From Octopus vulgaris (taxonomy: Eukaryota), in contig OX597818.1 of assembly GCA_951406725.2 (NCBI GenBank), forward strand, positions 87,420,001 to 87,484,000: DNA of 64,000 nt. The letters run 5' to 3'. The position numbers and the translations under genes are program-made. Shown piece after piece: positions 42,941 through 56,306 of this stretch (within the stretch, counting starts at the first letter, position 1; each line of letters starts with the position of its first letter). The notes beneath the pieces were generated by a model. The model worked only from the letters and a program-made list of their open reading frames with translations. It did no database searches and was not told the DNA's origin.

Positions 42941-44134
42941 GCATGTAAGTGTGTATATAAGTACACTTATATGCATACACATATACATATATATATGTGT
43001 GTGTGTGTGTATATATATGTAAAATGCATGCACATACATGCATACATACATGTATACTCAGAAATCGATATATATGAAATCTACATGATTTCGTTAAAGT
43101 TATCTATATACCCGCCTAGTAACACCCCCACCCCCACCCCCACAGACAGGGATACACGCAGATACACAGGGGCACGCATGCGCACATACACGCACACACA
43201 CTCACATACACATGAAGGTGAATTTAGTTGTACAAGAGACAAAACAAAAAAAGTAACAAAAACAAATAAACGCATAAATAAATAAATAAATAAAAAGAAA
43301 AGTGAGGTGGAAGTGTCGTGGATGGATTGCAGGAAACAATCTCTCAAAACTTTAACGAGCATTTAACGTTCTCACTCCAGCTAATTGAACGTGTCTTTTG
43401 CGAAACGCTGTATAAGTAGGAAGAACGAAAAATAAATGTATTTCGTTGCGACCAAGAATGGTTGTAGTGTGATTCGCCCATTTCACTTCAGTCGAAACCT
43501 ACCATAGAAATGCCACAGGTAGATTGCCAGCACTGATGAGGTTGTCGGCTTTTGGTAATAGCTTTCTCAACGAATAATGATAATAAATGCTGCGCAATTT
43601 CTCCATTTCTCAAAACTCCAATTTACTTCCTCTCAACGTCTTTCAACATGGCGTCTACATAAGATGATGATTGCGCTCCATTTTCGTGCCTGCCATTGCG
43701 TGAACGACTTGTATGTTATGTTCCTTGTGCATGTATGTATGTATGTATGTATGTATGTATGTATGTATGTATGTATGTATGTATGTATGTATGTATGTAT
43801 GTATGTACGTTGTATGTATGTATGCGTTTATGTATGTTTATATGCATGTGTTTGTTGTGTGTATTTATGTGAAGCGTTTTAATGTATGTGTACATGCGTG
43901 TGTATGTGTGCGTGTGCATTGCGTTACATTGTGTTACGCCTTAGTTTTTAAATGGTTATATGTATGTGATGATATCTGTATAAATGTCTTTTTGTCACTC
44001 CCTATCTCTCTACTAACACACACACACAGACACACACACATTTTATTTTATTTTTACGAGTGAACAGGTGTGTACGTCTATGTGAAGGTTTGACAAGTGT
44101 GTACCCTATTGATGAGCATTTAGTGTGCATGTGA

Positions 44135-44184
<50 letters not shown>

Positions 44185-44205
44185 GTGTGTGAATATATAT
44201 GTATG

Positions 44206-44237
<32 letters not shown>

Positions 44238-44525
44238 AATATACACGCGTATATGTACATATATACAAGCATACATTTACTCACTCATACTTAAAATCAT
44301 ACCTATATATATGTATGTATGTATGAATATATACATTGATATATATATATAATGTATATATATATGTATATATATATATATATATATATGTATACACACA
44401 AACACATGTATGTATATATATATCTATATATAGCATGTGTGCATATATATGTATTTGTACATATGCACTATTGTATATACATATGCGTATATATATGCAC
44501 GCATCCATATATGCATGTGAGTGGA

Positions 44526-44580
<55 letters not shown>

Positions 44581-44595
44581 TATAAATGCATAATT

Positions 44596-44635
<40 letters not shown>

Positions 44636-45277
44636 AAGCGTGTAAGTATCCGATTTATATGTATGTATATGCATGAGCGCAAATTTGTGCACAAGTGCGA
44701 ATATGAGTAAGAGTGTACATGATAGAACAAGAAGACGAAGAGGAAAAAGGTGAGAAAGACATTTTATGACGTGCGCAGTCTATAGGCAATAACTGCTTCT
44801 ATTGTAATGATCACGTGATTTCGAAATTCTTTCTCGCAGTTCTTTGACAAGTTACTTAATGCCATGCTTCACCATTCTTTTATTTAAGCCCTCACCACCT
44901 TCATCCATGTCGCGTCCGCGCGTACACACACACACACACACATACACACACACACACACACACTCACATACACACATATACACACGCAAACACACACACA
45001 TGCTTGCACATGCAATTGCACCTACACAAGCACACATGTGCATATAAGCAAGTAAGTACGTGCGTATGCACGTATATGTGTATGTATGTATGTATATATA
45101 TATATATACACACACACATACGTGCACATGCATGTTAGTGTACATGTACATATATATATATATATATATGCATAAATATGTGTAGATATATATGAATATA
45201 TATATACATATATATACATACATACATATATACATATGTGTATACATATAAATATATATGTATTTATGTATATACAG

Positions 45278-45349
<72 letters not shown>

Positions 45350-45864
45350 ATATCTATTTATCTATCTATATCTATATGTATGTATATAGACATACATACA
45401 TACATACATGCATACATACATACATACATACATGCATGCATACATACATACATACATACATACATACATACATACATGCATGCATGCATGCATGCATGCA
45501 TACATATATACATACATACATACATACATACATACATACATACATTCATACATACATACATATATGTATATATATACAATACACCTCATTCTGCATAGGT
45601 ATCTTTATATCCCACACCATCCGTCCATTTTCTTTACCAATTATATACCTTCCATTTTCACAAGCATCACACATTACAGTCGCCTTACGCGGTACCCTTA
45701 CTGCATACAGACATATATACATGCATACATACATACATATATACATACATATATATGCATATAAATATGCGTATATATATGTATGCATGCGTGTCTTTCT
45801 GCCTATATACTTAAATGAATATATGTGTAATACACACGCACACATATATATATAGATATATATG

Positions 45865-45909
<45 letters not shown>

Positions 45910-46154
45910 ATCTATCTATCTATCTATTTAACTATCTATCTGTCAATATATCTGTCAATATATCTGTCAATATATCTGTCTATATATATATATACATATA
46001 TATATAACTAAGGTAAATGTAAACATATACACACAATATATATATGTGTGTGTGTGTTTATATATATGTATGCATGTTTACACACACACATATATATATA
46101 TATATAACCAAAGTAAATATAAGCATATATAATATATACAGATATGCATATATG

Positions 46155-46212
<58 letters not shown>

Positions 46213-46291
46213 TATATATACATATCTATATACATATACATATATACATATATCTATCTATCTATCTATATATATATGCATATATATTCAT

Positions 46292-46327
<36 letters not shown>

Positions 46328-46425
46328 GCATGTGTGTGTTTTTGTATGTGAATAGGCTATGAACGTTTATACATGCATCTATATTTATATCTGCGTGTAT
46401 ATATGTACATATCTACATATGTGTA

Positions 46426-46480
<55 letters not shown>

Positions 46481-46554
46481 TATATATATATATATATATG
46501 TAAATGTGCATGTATACATATATACAAACAAATATGTAAGTTTTATGTAATAAG

Positions 46555-46612
<58 letters not shown>

Positions 46613-46667
46613 CATCGACATATGCATACTTGTTCATACACATAAATCCACACGCTTTCACACGCAT

Positions 46668-46749
<82 letters not shown>

Positions 46750-47574
46750 CCAATAATTAAACTGCTTATACAGGGAAATAAAAATGTATCAATCACTACA
46801 ATGGTAGGCCATCACTTGCACAGCAACGATTGTAGCGTGAGCTATTCACAGATATTGGGCCCGAAAACATCACGAGAATAGCTGTCGTACGTGCCTCGTT
46901 CGCCTTTTCGAAGAAGTACACACACACACACATACGCATACACAACCTCCTTCTCCTTCTCCTCGTCTCACACACACAGCCACACAGTCACGATGTACTG
47001 TTTTTAAGTGAATGCTAAAAATATAAAACTTTCGCATGCTCTGAGATCGAACTTGAACTGCCTGCATTCGCTTTGGCTTAAAAATAAATTGGACTGGATG
47101 CATTCAGAATTATTTCTATCTCTATAGCGAGAACTACATGTAACTCTTCTTATAACCTTATTTTCTCTCGATCTTCTTGATTGAAATGAAGACCATTACT
47201 CTCGTACACTGCTTGAATAAAATATAATTAATCGAGTATCTATACTCTAGCTATTGCTGATGACGCACAATATACAGAAACAGGTTGCTTACAGATATAA
47301 AATTAATATAAAATATGAAATATTAAATGCACATTAAAACCTTTTGAATCACATGCTTCCTCTATTCGCAAGATGGAGGAACAAATAATTGAAATTCTTA
47401 CACACACACGCATAGATATATGCACATATCCATGACACGTATGATGCATATATATGTGTGTGTGTGTGTGTGTGTGTTTGTGCGCGCATGTATGAATGCA
47501 TGTATATGATATCCCTGTCTTTCACTTACTGAAATACATGTATATCTACACACAGAAATGCACAACATCATTCA

Positions 47575-47610
<36 letters not shown>

Positions 47611-47849
47611 TATATGCCAATAAGAACATGCATTCATTTCTACATGACTGGTAAAAGTTGGCATGTATGTTGACATCCTTCGACCGAAATAACGTTCTGA
47701 GTTCAATCCCGGCCAAAAGACACACACACACACACACACAGAGACACGCTCACAGAAGTATGCGCACGCGCGCATGCCTATTTATCTTTGCTCAATAACA
47801 ACTAATTTCCCTTCGCTTGTATTTTCATCTACTCATTATTATACATCGT

Positions 47850-47948
47850 TCACCACCACTACCACTACTACTACTACCACTCCCATCACTGTCACTACTA
47901 CTACTACTACAACTGCTGCTGCTGCTGCTACTACTACTACTACTACTG

Positions 47949-47989
<41 letters not shown>

Positions 47990-48150
47990 ATTACCTCCAC
48001 TACGACCTCCACCACGACCGCCTCTATCACACCACCTTTACACTCACCAACACCTTCTCCTCTTCCACCACCACCGTCACCACCACCATCAGCAGTGGCC
48101 GCTGCAGCAGTAACATCAATACCACACCCACCACCTTCTCCACCATCTGT
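47850..48150. repeat. (CTA)n/(CTG)n/(CCA)n low-complexity tract
   Basis: Direct inspection. Confidence 0.9.
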
Positions 48151-48597
48151 AATCTGATATCGTTCTCGTGTTGCTTGTTTTCAATTTTTTTCTTTTTTTT
48201 TCTTTTTGCTTTTTGTCCAGAAATTTCTTTTAATGAATTTTTAATATGTTTTCATGTTTTCCGTGCGAGGGATTCCCTTTTATATTGTTCTTTCGTACAA
48301 AACTTTACTTTGTAATGGAAAATTTATTTTGTAAAAAGATATTTTCAAGTATACAAGTGTGGTTTCATGGCTAGAAGCATTGTCTTTGCAATCAACGTCT
48401 TTCTGGGTTCGATTTCATTGTGAAATCTTGAGCAAGTGTCTTTTACAATGGTAATACACACACACATAAACACGCACGCACACACACACACTACGCCTGC
48501 ATGCACACACACCTGCACACATACCTGCATTTGCACATGTCTTACACATATAATCACAGACACGCACATAGACACAGAGGAGGTATGTATATATATA

Positions 48598-48940
48598 TAA
48601 CTAATGTAGGATAAAATTATTTTTCGGGAAAAAAATTTTATCAATGGCCAGCATATCAAAAAATACCTTTAAAGGTTAAATTCATAAATAATTTACAAAA
48701 TAAGGGCAAAAGAAAAATTCTAATGCCAAATATGCCGAAAAAAAGGCAAAAATTGTCAATAACCATTATAATTTATGCGTCTCGAAACAAAACCGATAGA
48801 CGTGGGATATAAGTGAAATACTTAGTCTTACTCATGGAAAAAGCAAGTACTAAGTCCTGAGCAGACCTAAGTACCCTAGATATATCCAAAATAGAAAAAA
48901 CTTCGGCACATCTCGAGACATCTTTTGCCCTTATTTTGTA
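48598..48940 (-). mobile_element. PLE-type repeat (family of 12804-13200), hammerhead deleted, with inverted terminal piece
   Basis: Reverse complement of 12888-13200 lacking ~80 nt; 48921-48940 is an inverted copy of 48693-48712. Confidence 0.7.
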
Positions 48941-48973
48941 TATATATGTATATATACCTATGAGTGTGCATTT

Positions 48974-49446
48974 AAGCTGTGGCCATGCTGGGGCACTGCC
49001 ATTTGGTGTTGCTACATACTTTGACTTCACGAATGCTTTTTAGGAATTGACATTTGATGCATGAGAGAGTTTGATGCAGCTGCCCTCATTTGCACCTCCT
49101 GCCGTGAGGTTGGTTCATCTGGGACACTTGACAGGAAGAAGTCCAGCTTTATTTTGAAAACACTTACATCCACCCCATGCAGGTCTCTCAGGTCCTTCGG
49201 GAGGATATTGAAGAGCTGTGGACCTCTGATGCCCAGGCTATTGCAATATTTTGTCCTATATATTGCAATATCTTGCCATCTTGATGGCAAATTTGGTGTA
49301 CTTGGCACTATGCAGTGGCGCCCAGTTCTAGTATTTGTGTAACTCTCGATGCCAAAGTTTGGGACAAGTCCTTTCAGGATCTTCCAGATGTGTATTATGG
49401 CATATCTTTCTCGCCTACGTTCTAAGGAATATAGTCTTAATCTCTT
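48974..49446 (-). mobile_element. CR1-clade LINE, 5'-truncated 3' end (ORF2 C-terminus plus 3' UTR)
   Basis: LRLYSLERRRERYAIIHIWKILKGLVPN...GPQLFNILPKDLR...VSVFKIKLDFFLSSVPDEP, stop at 49027-49029. Confidence 0.9.
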
Positions 49447-49465
49447 GTGTGTATGTGTGCGACTA

Positions 49466-49524
<59 letters not shown>

Positions 49525-49785
49525 ATATACACACACATATATATGTACATAGATATATATATTCACATACATATAGGTGTTTTGTGCAATAGCTACACTT
49601 GCATACACACACATACACACACGCACACATATACACACACGCACACACACACACACACACACGCGCACACACACACACACACAGGGGAAAGTTGTTTAAG
49701 CAAAACTAAAGTAACCTAGCAAGCATCGGAAACATACAGAAGAAAAAGAAGCACAAACACGAAAAAATTGTTTCTAACATAAATC

Positions 49786-50196
49786 GGTTTCAAATTTCGG
49801 CACCATGCCAACGATTTTGGGGGTGGGGGGGTCGGGATAAGTCGATTACATCGACCCCAGTCCAGTGTCCCACTGGTACTTCTTTTATCCAACCGAAACG
49901 GATGAAAGGCAAAGTCGACCTCGGTGGAATTTGAACTCAGAACGTAACGGCAGACGAAATACTTATTTCTTTACTACCCACAAGGGGTTAAACACAGAGA
50001 GGACAAAAGAAGGGCAGACAAACGGATTAAGTCGATTAAATCGACCCCAGTGCGTAACTGGTACTTATTTAATCGACCCCGAAAGGATGAAAGACAAAGT
50101 CGACCTCGGCGGAATTTGAACTCAGAACGTAGCGGCAGACGAAATACGGCTAAGCATTTCACCCGGTGTTGCTAACCATTCTGTTAGCACGACGCC
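49786..50196 (-). mobile_element. SINE family A dimer
   Basis: Same internal junction (GAAATACY|TATTTCTTTACTACCCACAAGGGG at 49963/49964) as 24338/24339 but a different terminal tail. Confidence 0.9.
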
Positions 50197-50478
50197 CAAT
50201 GTTGTCCCCAACATAAATTACAAAGAAATATATTTTAGTTGTAAAATATATTTTAGTTGTAAACGAGAGTAGTAATCATACTAACAAGTAAAGTTAATCG
50301 TCACCACAATATGACTGTTCCATGTTACTACTAGCTTAACCCCAGGCAGATCTTCCACCAACTGGTTATAGGTGCAGTACTGTAGCTTGTTGATATTTAT
50401 TGTCAAAAGGAGAACGAATCCATACCAATGTTTAGTGTTAGCGCACGCATCTTTCTTTCCAGCTGTTATATTTAAGCT

Positions 50479-50724
50479 CAAACATGGCTGTGTGGTTAAG
50501 AAGTTTGCTTTGCAATCACATGGTTTCGGGTTCTACACCTTTGCGCTGCACCTTGGTTTTCTATTATAGCTCCAATACCTTGTGAGTGAACTCAGTAGAC
50601 AAAATCTGTGTGGAAGTCCGTCGCTATTTTTATGTGAATGTTGCATGTTTTTGTGCTTGTTTGTCAACCCACCCACCTAACAACCGGTGTTGGTTTGTAT
50701 ATGTCCTCGTAACTTACCGGTTGG

Positions 50725-50761
<37 letters not shown>

Positions 50762-50883
50762 AAAACGATAGAATGAGTACCAGATTAAAGAAAAAAACAA
50801 GTATTGGGGATGATCTATTCGACCAAACCCTTCAAGGTGGTGCTCCAGCATGGCTGCAGTTTAATGACTAAAACGAGTAAAAG
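50479..50883 (+). mobile_element. SINE family B-related, old copy
   Basis: TGGCTGTGTGGTTAAGAAG head and AAGGTGGTGCTCCAGCATGGCTGCAG tail. Confidence 0.8.
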
Positions 50884-51000
50884 TTATAGGTAAAACCACA
50901 AATTTATAAATGTCCAAAATTCTTGATAGCCGTGTTGAATGAGGCTAAGCAATCTCCAGTCGGTCGTCACCTGTGAATGATTATAGTTGGGCAACATGTG

Positions 51001-51966
51001 CAAGGTGGTTCAAAAAGTACCCGGAATAATTTTGTTGCGCGTCAACTGGTTGCAGCACCCGGTTGCATGCACAGTGAGAGATAGTAGTGACCTTCATGAG
51101 GAAGTATGCCGAGTGCCATCGCTGGGTTTACTTCGCAAGTTATGAAATTTGTGTTTTTGTGATCATGTGTATTCTATAGTCTGTGATTTTGTTTTGGACA
51201 GGAACAAAGAATCAACGTGAAATTTTGCGCTAAACTCGGGAAGTCTGCTACAGAGACATTGAACAAGCTTCGGCAAGCTTACAGCGACGAGGCAATGAGT
51301 CATACGTTATGTTCCGAGTGGCACTGGCGCTTCAAAAGGGTTAGGGTTAGGGTTAGGGGTAGGGTTAGGGTTAGGGTTAGGTTTAGGGTTAGGGTTAGGG
51401 TTAGGGTTAGGGTTACGATGACCAATCTGGAAGATCTGCTACAAGCGTCACCCCCAGAAATATGATATTGCGCACCAAGAATTCGTCCTCCAGGACCAGA
51501 TCGTCAATGAAAGTTCTACTGCGACGGTTTGAATTAATTGAGGGAGGACGTTCCGAGGAAGCAACCGGATCTGTGGTACACGAATAATTGGATTCTTCAC
51601 GACGACAATGTGCCCTGTCACCGAGCTCTTCTCACTCGTGAATTTCTCACCAAAAACATGTTATCGCTTCTGCACCCATTCGCCAAATTCCGTGCTTGCG
51701 GACTTCCGACTCTGCCCCAAGAGGAAACTGCAGCTCTCAAAGGGCGCCGTTTTAACAGAATTGTTGAGATCCAGAGCGAGTCGCAGAAAATTCTCGACTC
51801 GCTTATGAAAAACGACTTCCAGGTCGTATTCCTTAAGTGGCAGGGATGCTGGGGCAAGTGTATTGCTGTGCAAGGTAGTATTTCGGAGATGATGCAAAAG
51901 CTTAGGTAAATAAATTATTTTTTTCATTAGACAGAACTCGTCCTGGAACTTTTTGATACCACCACA
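51001..51966 (+). mobile_element. Mariner transposon, internally deleted and decayed
   Basis: Imperfect TIRs CAAGGTGGTTCAAAAAGTACCCGGA / TCCTGGAACTTTTTGATACCACCACA followed by TA; EQRINVKFCAKLGKSATETLNKLRQAY HTH; WILHDDNVPCH catalytic motif; KGRRF. Confidence 0.92.
51337..51415 (+). repeat. Interstitial telomeric repeat (TTAGGG) x ~13
   Basis: Direct inspection; two variant units; lies inside the mariner ORF. Confidence 0.97.
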
Positions 51967-52103
51967 TACCGTGCTTTCATCAATTACTTCAGGTAATTGT
52001 GACTGCACAGTTGTGATCAGGCACAGACACCCACTAAACCCTCTTATATTTCGACGCAGTGGAAGATCGAAGAAAATGTGACGGCTGAAGGGAGAGAGAG
52101 AGG

Positions 52104-52176
<73 letters not shown>

Positions 52177-52737
52177 AACAGTATTCAGATGGTACTCATT
52201 TATCTAGTGAGTAGGCTGGAGAAACATGAAATAAAATGCCCTGCTCAAATACACAACGTGCCATCTGGTCTAGCAATTGAACCCACGACATTATGATCGC
52301 GAGCCGAACGCTCCTAGCCACAAGGTTAAGTAAATAAGGCATGGCTAAATATCAAAATGTGTCATATTATTTGTATATACGTTTAAACAGATGTAAGCGT
52401 AAACAGATGGAGATAAAAATATTTATCGGTAGACAAATATAACGCTTATGATCAGGAAAAATATAAATATCCTGCGTGTGCTAAAAACCTTAGAATATAT
52501 AAAGACGCCTAAAGCAACGATACAACATCAACAACGTATGTACACACACACACACACACACACACATACACAGAAGAGGTTCCTGCTCGTGAATTTGTTT
52601 TGACTGGATAAAATGTTGCACAACACTGAACACACTTTTTCAGGGCATTTAGCTATATAACCAATGGCACAACAGGGGTTAGGACGGCAAGAAAACCAAC
52701 AGTACTTCAAGTTATTATACGATTTACCTTCTCTTAG

Positions 52738-53093
52738 TGACGGCGCATGGCTCAGTGGTTTTGGCGTCGGGCTTACAGGCATGAGGTAGTGAGGTCGATT
52801 CGCGGACCAGAATGTGTGCTGTGTTCTTAGGCAAGACACTTTATTTTACATTGCTCCAGTTAACTCAGCTGTAGAAATGAATGAATAATGATGTCACTAC
52901 TACCAAGCTGTGTCGGCCTTTGCATTTGTCTTGGATGACATGAGTGGTGTGGAGAGGGGAGGCTGGTATGCATGAGCAACCGCTGGTGTTCCATAAACAA
53001 CCTGGCCCTGACTTATTCCTCGGAGGGTAACTTTGTAGATGCAATCCCATACTCATTCGTGATCGAAGGGTGTTTTTACCTTACCTTTACCTT
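52738..53093 (+). mobile_element. SINE family D (C-like head and CORE-like region, different 3' half)
   Basis: GGCGCATGGCTCAGTGG head, TGTGTTCTTAGGCAAGACACTTTATTTTACATTGCTCCAG, unique body, TTACCT-repeat tail; TTTACCTTCTC at 52723-52733 and 53086-53096. Confidence 0.75.
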
Positions 53094-53169
53094 CTCCTAT
53101 AATGAGGTTCTAATGAGAAGAAGGAGTTCTTTCCCTCTCAGTGGTCCATATGCTTGTTAATTCACAGCT

Positions 53170-53302
53170 GGGGCCCCGCCAGGTGCTACTACTCCGAGTC
53201 AGAGTAGATCTGCGAACAAATAGTGGCTAAGAGGTGGTGTCACATCCCTCAAGCCCTTGAACTCCTGTTCCATTACCAGATGTAGTTTAAAGTCATAGCC
53301 AC
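53170..53302 (-). mobile_element. Unclassified SINE-like fragment
   Basis: CAGGTGCTACTACTCCGAGTCAGAGTAGATCTG...ACCAGATGTAGTTT recalled as a widespread retroposon segment; not verified. Confidence 0.35.
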
Positions 53303-53415
53303 AATGCCATAATGAAAAAGATGTAAGAATACCCAAATCAAGATACGTTCTCTTGGATAAAACTAAGAATCATTCTTTGCACTGACCTATACGTATTAAA
53401 CTTATTACTTCTACA

Positions 53416-53723
53416 TGGCACTCCGTCGGTTACGACGACGAGGGTTCCAGTGTAGCAGATCAACGGAACTGCCTCCTTGTGAAATTAATGCGCAAGTGGC
53501 TGAGCATTCAACAGGCACGCGAGCCCATAAAGTAGTTCTCAGGGAGATTCAGCGTGACACAAAGTGAAACAAGGCTGGCCCTTTGAAATACAGATACTAC
53601 TCATTTTTACCAGCTGCGAGGACTGAAGCAACGTGAAATAAAGTGCACAACGCGCCGTCGGGAATCGAACTCATGGCCTTGTGATTGTGAGCCGAATGCT
53701 CTAATCATGCCACGCGTCTTCAC
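53416..53723 (-). mobile_element. SINE family C
   Basis: Full-length match to other C copies. Confidence 0.9.
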
Positions 53724-53819
53724 TCACTTCTGCATACAGAGGGACTTACTGTAAATGTCACCAACATACAAGAACACCATATCATCTCCTTCCTCGTTGT
53801 TGCAAAGTAGAACAGAACT

Positions 53820-55125
53820 TCTCAATCCTAAATAACTACAATTCATTTCTAAGGACCACAAGGTAAACTTCATTAGCAAGCCCACTACCATGTAAATCAA
53901 CTTGGTCAAGTCGAACGTTGGAATTTTAAGCAAATAAACGTTTGATAAATTCTTACCTAAACTTTAAGTAACATTTCTTTTCTCCTTTGGAACGACAAAC
54001 ACTTAATCACAACGGGGTTTAGTTCCCTCAAGGAACGCTGGATTAGCCATTAAGCAAACTAAGCACAAGGGAAGTGGGGTGAGTGGGATTTTCATAAAAA
54101 TGGTAAATGGTTACCACCACAAAGAAAAAATATCACTTTGATCTTTGAAGTGGTTTATATGATCGGAAATATGATTTCGAAGTGTTCATGGTGTCAGAGT
54201 GAGGATCTGATGAAAGACTTTACATTTGAAAAATTTTCTACTTTTTTTAATAGTAAAGTAGTAGTATACAAAAATAAACATTATTTTACATGTATATGTA
54301 TATATGTATTTACACACATATACATATATATGGGGACACCAAAACCTTTTAAATGCTTAGAGCCTCTATGGGTCTTAACTCGGACCTGTCAGCAAGTATT
54401 CTGCTTACAGAATTTCATATAAAAGACTACTTTATCTCTATAACCTGATTACGCTTCATTAATGATTTAAACAATACAATGTCCTTAATTAACATCAGTG
54501 AAAAAGGAATAGAAACTATTCCATTAGACAAGAAATACTTTAGCCTTTACGCTTTTACTCTTTTACTTGTTTCAGTCATTTGACTGTGGCCATGCTGGAG
54601 CACCGCCTTTAGTCGAGCAAATCGACCCCATGACTTATTCTTCGGAAGCCTAGTACTTATTCTATCGGACGCTTTTGCCGAACCGCTAAGTTACGGGGAC
54701 GTAAGCACACCAGCATCGGTTGTCAAGCGATGTTGGGAGACAAACACAGACACACAAACATATACACACGCATACACAAATATATATATATATATACATA
54801 TATACGAGGGCTTCTTTCAGTTTCCGTCTACCAAATCCACTCACAAGGCTTTAGTCGGCCCGAGGCTATCGTAGAAGACACTTGCCCAAGGTGCCACGCA
54901 GTCGAACTGAACCCGGAACTATGTAATTCGTAAACAAGCTACTTGCCACACAGCTACTCCTACGCCTTTACAAAAAAAAAAAAAAAATCTTTCGAATTTT
55001 CCATCTGACCGGAAGATGGGGGCGAGCTATTGATATCAGTGAAATGGCTGGCATATCCTTTTCATATTGAGAATTCTCTCTGGGTAGGCGAGTCATAAAG
55101 CTGTCCAGGTTCTATGAAGACAAAA
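53820..55125 (+). pseudogene. PLE reverse transcriptase relic, interrupted by insertions
   Basis: FISKDHKVNFISKPTTM*INLVKSNVGILSK*TFDKF (53842-53952) resembles LKDHKENF..KP.CRLINP.KS..G.ISK.ILD; KDYFISIT...NISEKGIETI (~54422-54522); MG...DISEMAGI...FYED after the SINE. Confidence 0.75.
54552..54967 (-). mobile_element. SINE family B, near consensus, nested in PLE relic
   Basis: Complete head-to-tail copy. Confidence 0.93.
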
Positions 55126-55183
55126 CTAAGTAACTCCACTTAGTTAAATTTGAATTCAATAATGCCTATTTACTAAAGTATCA

Positions 55184-55294
<111 letters not shown>

Positions 55295-55354
55295 CTTATA
55301 TGCATACGTAGACAAGTGCACGCGTACGTAGAGGCTAGTGCATTTATATACATT

Positions 55355-55398
<44 letters not shown>

Positions 55399-55473
55399 CG
55401 TGTGTATGCGAACGTGTGTATAAGTGTATATTTAACTATGCATTAAATATATTTATATGCATGTATTTGTATA

Positions 55474-55520
<47 letters not shown>

Positions 55521-56229
55521 ACATACACACACACGCATATAATTCACATGTTTAAAGAGCTTGTCTCATAATACAAGGTGTTTCACACAAAATACATTCT
55601 AAACATTTGATCGATGTGGCAAAAAAAATATCTGTTGCCTCTCATTGATTAATACACATACACACACACGCGCACACATACAGCCACAGACACATACACA
55701 CACACACACACACATAGATACACATACTCACACACACACACACATACACACACAGATATCTACTAATGCTATTTTATCAAATTGTCCATTATTAATTTCT
55801 ATGACAAAATTATAATTGCAAATCAATAACAGAATTAAATGATTAAAAATAATTAAAAAAATTTACATGAAAATAAAAAAAAACAAATGTAAATTAAAAT
55901 CTCCAAAATTGGTAAAACAAAAAAAAAAGCTAAAGAAATCAAACAGAAAAACACAAAAAAATTGAATATCCGTTAGGAATACTTTCGCTAGAGGCATGTT
56001 AACCTTGTATTAATAATAGGAGATTGTTATAACTGATTAGAGATTCGACACTCATTTACAGACCAGACACACACACACATACACATACGTGTGAGTATAT
56101 ATATACATATATATATATATAAACTTATATATATAGATATATACGCACACATACACACACACACAGAAACACACACATATATATATTTATATATATATAT
56201 ACCCATATATACATACATATATATATACA

Positions 56230-56306
<77 letters not shown>

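Noticed and set aside
43488-43545. GAAA...GUA...CUGAUGA arrangement resembling a type II hammerhead
   Set aside because: Stem I cannot close next to the core and stem II relies on G-U pairs; probably chance
47250-47295. CTGATGA...GAAAC hammerhead-like spacing
   Set aside because: No convincing stem II or stem I pairing
47774-48157. Thr/Ala/Pro-rich ORF as a transcription-factor exon
   Set aside because: Entirely trinucleotide low-complexity sequence, like many non-coding tracts in this window
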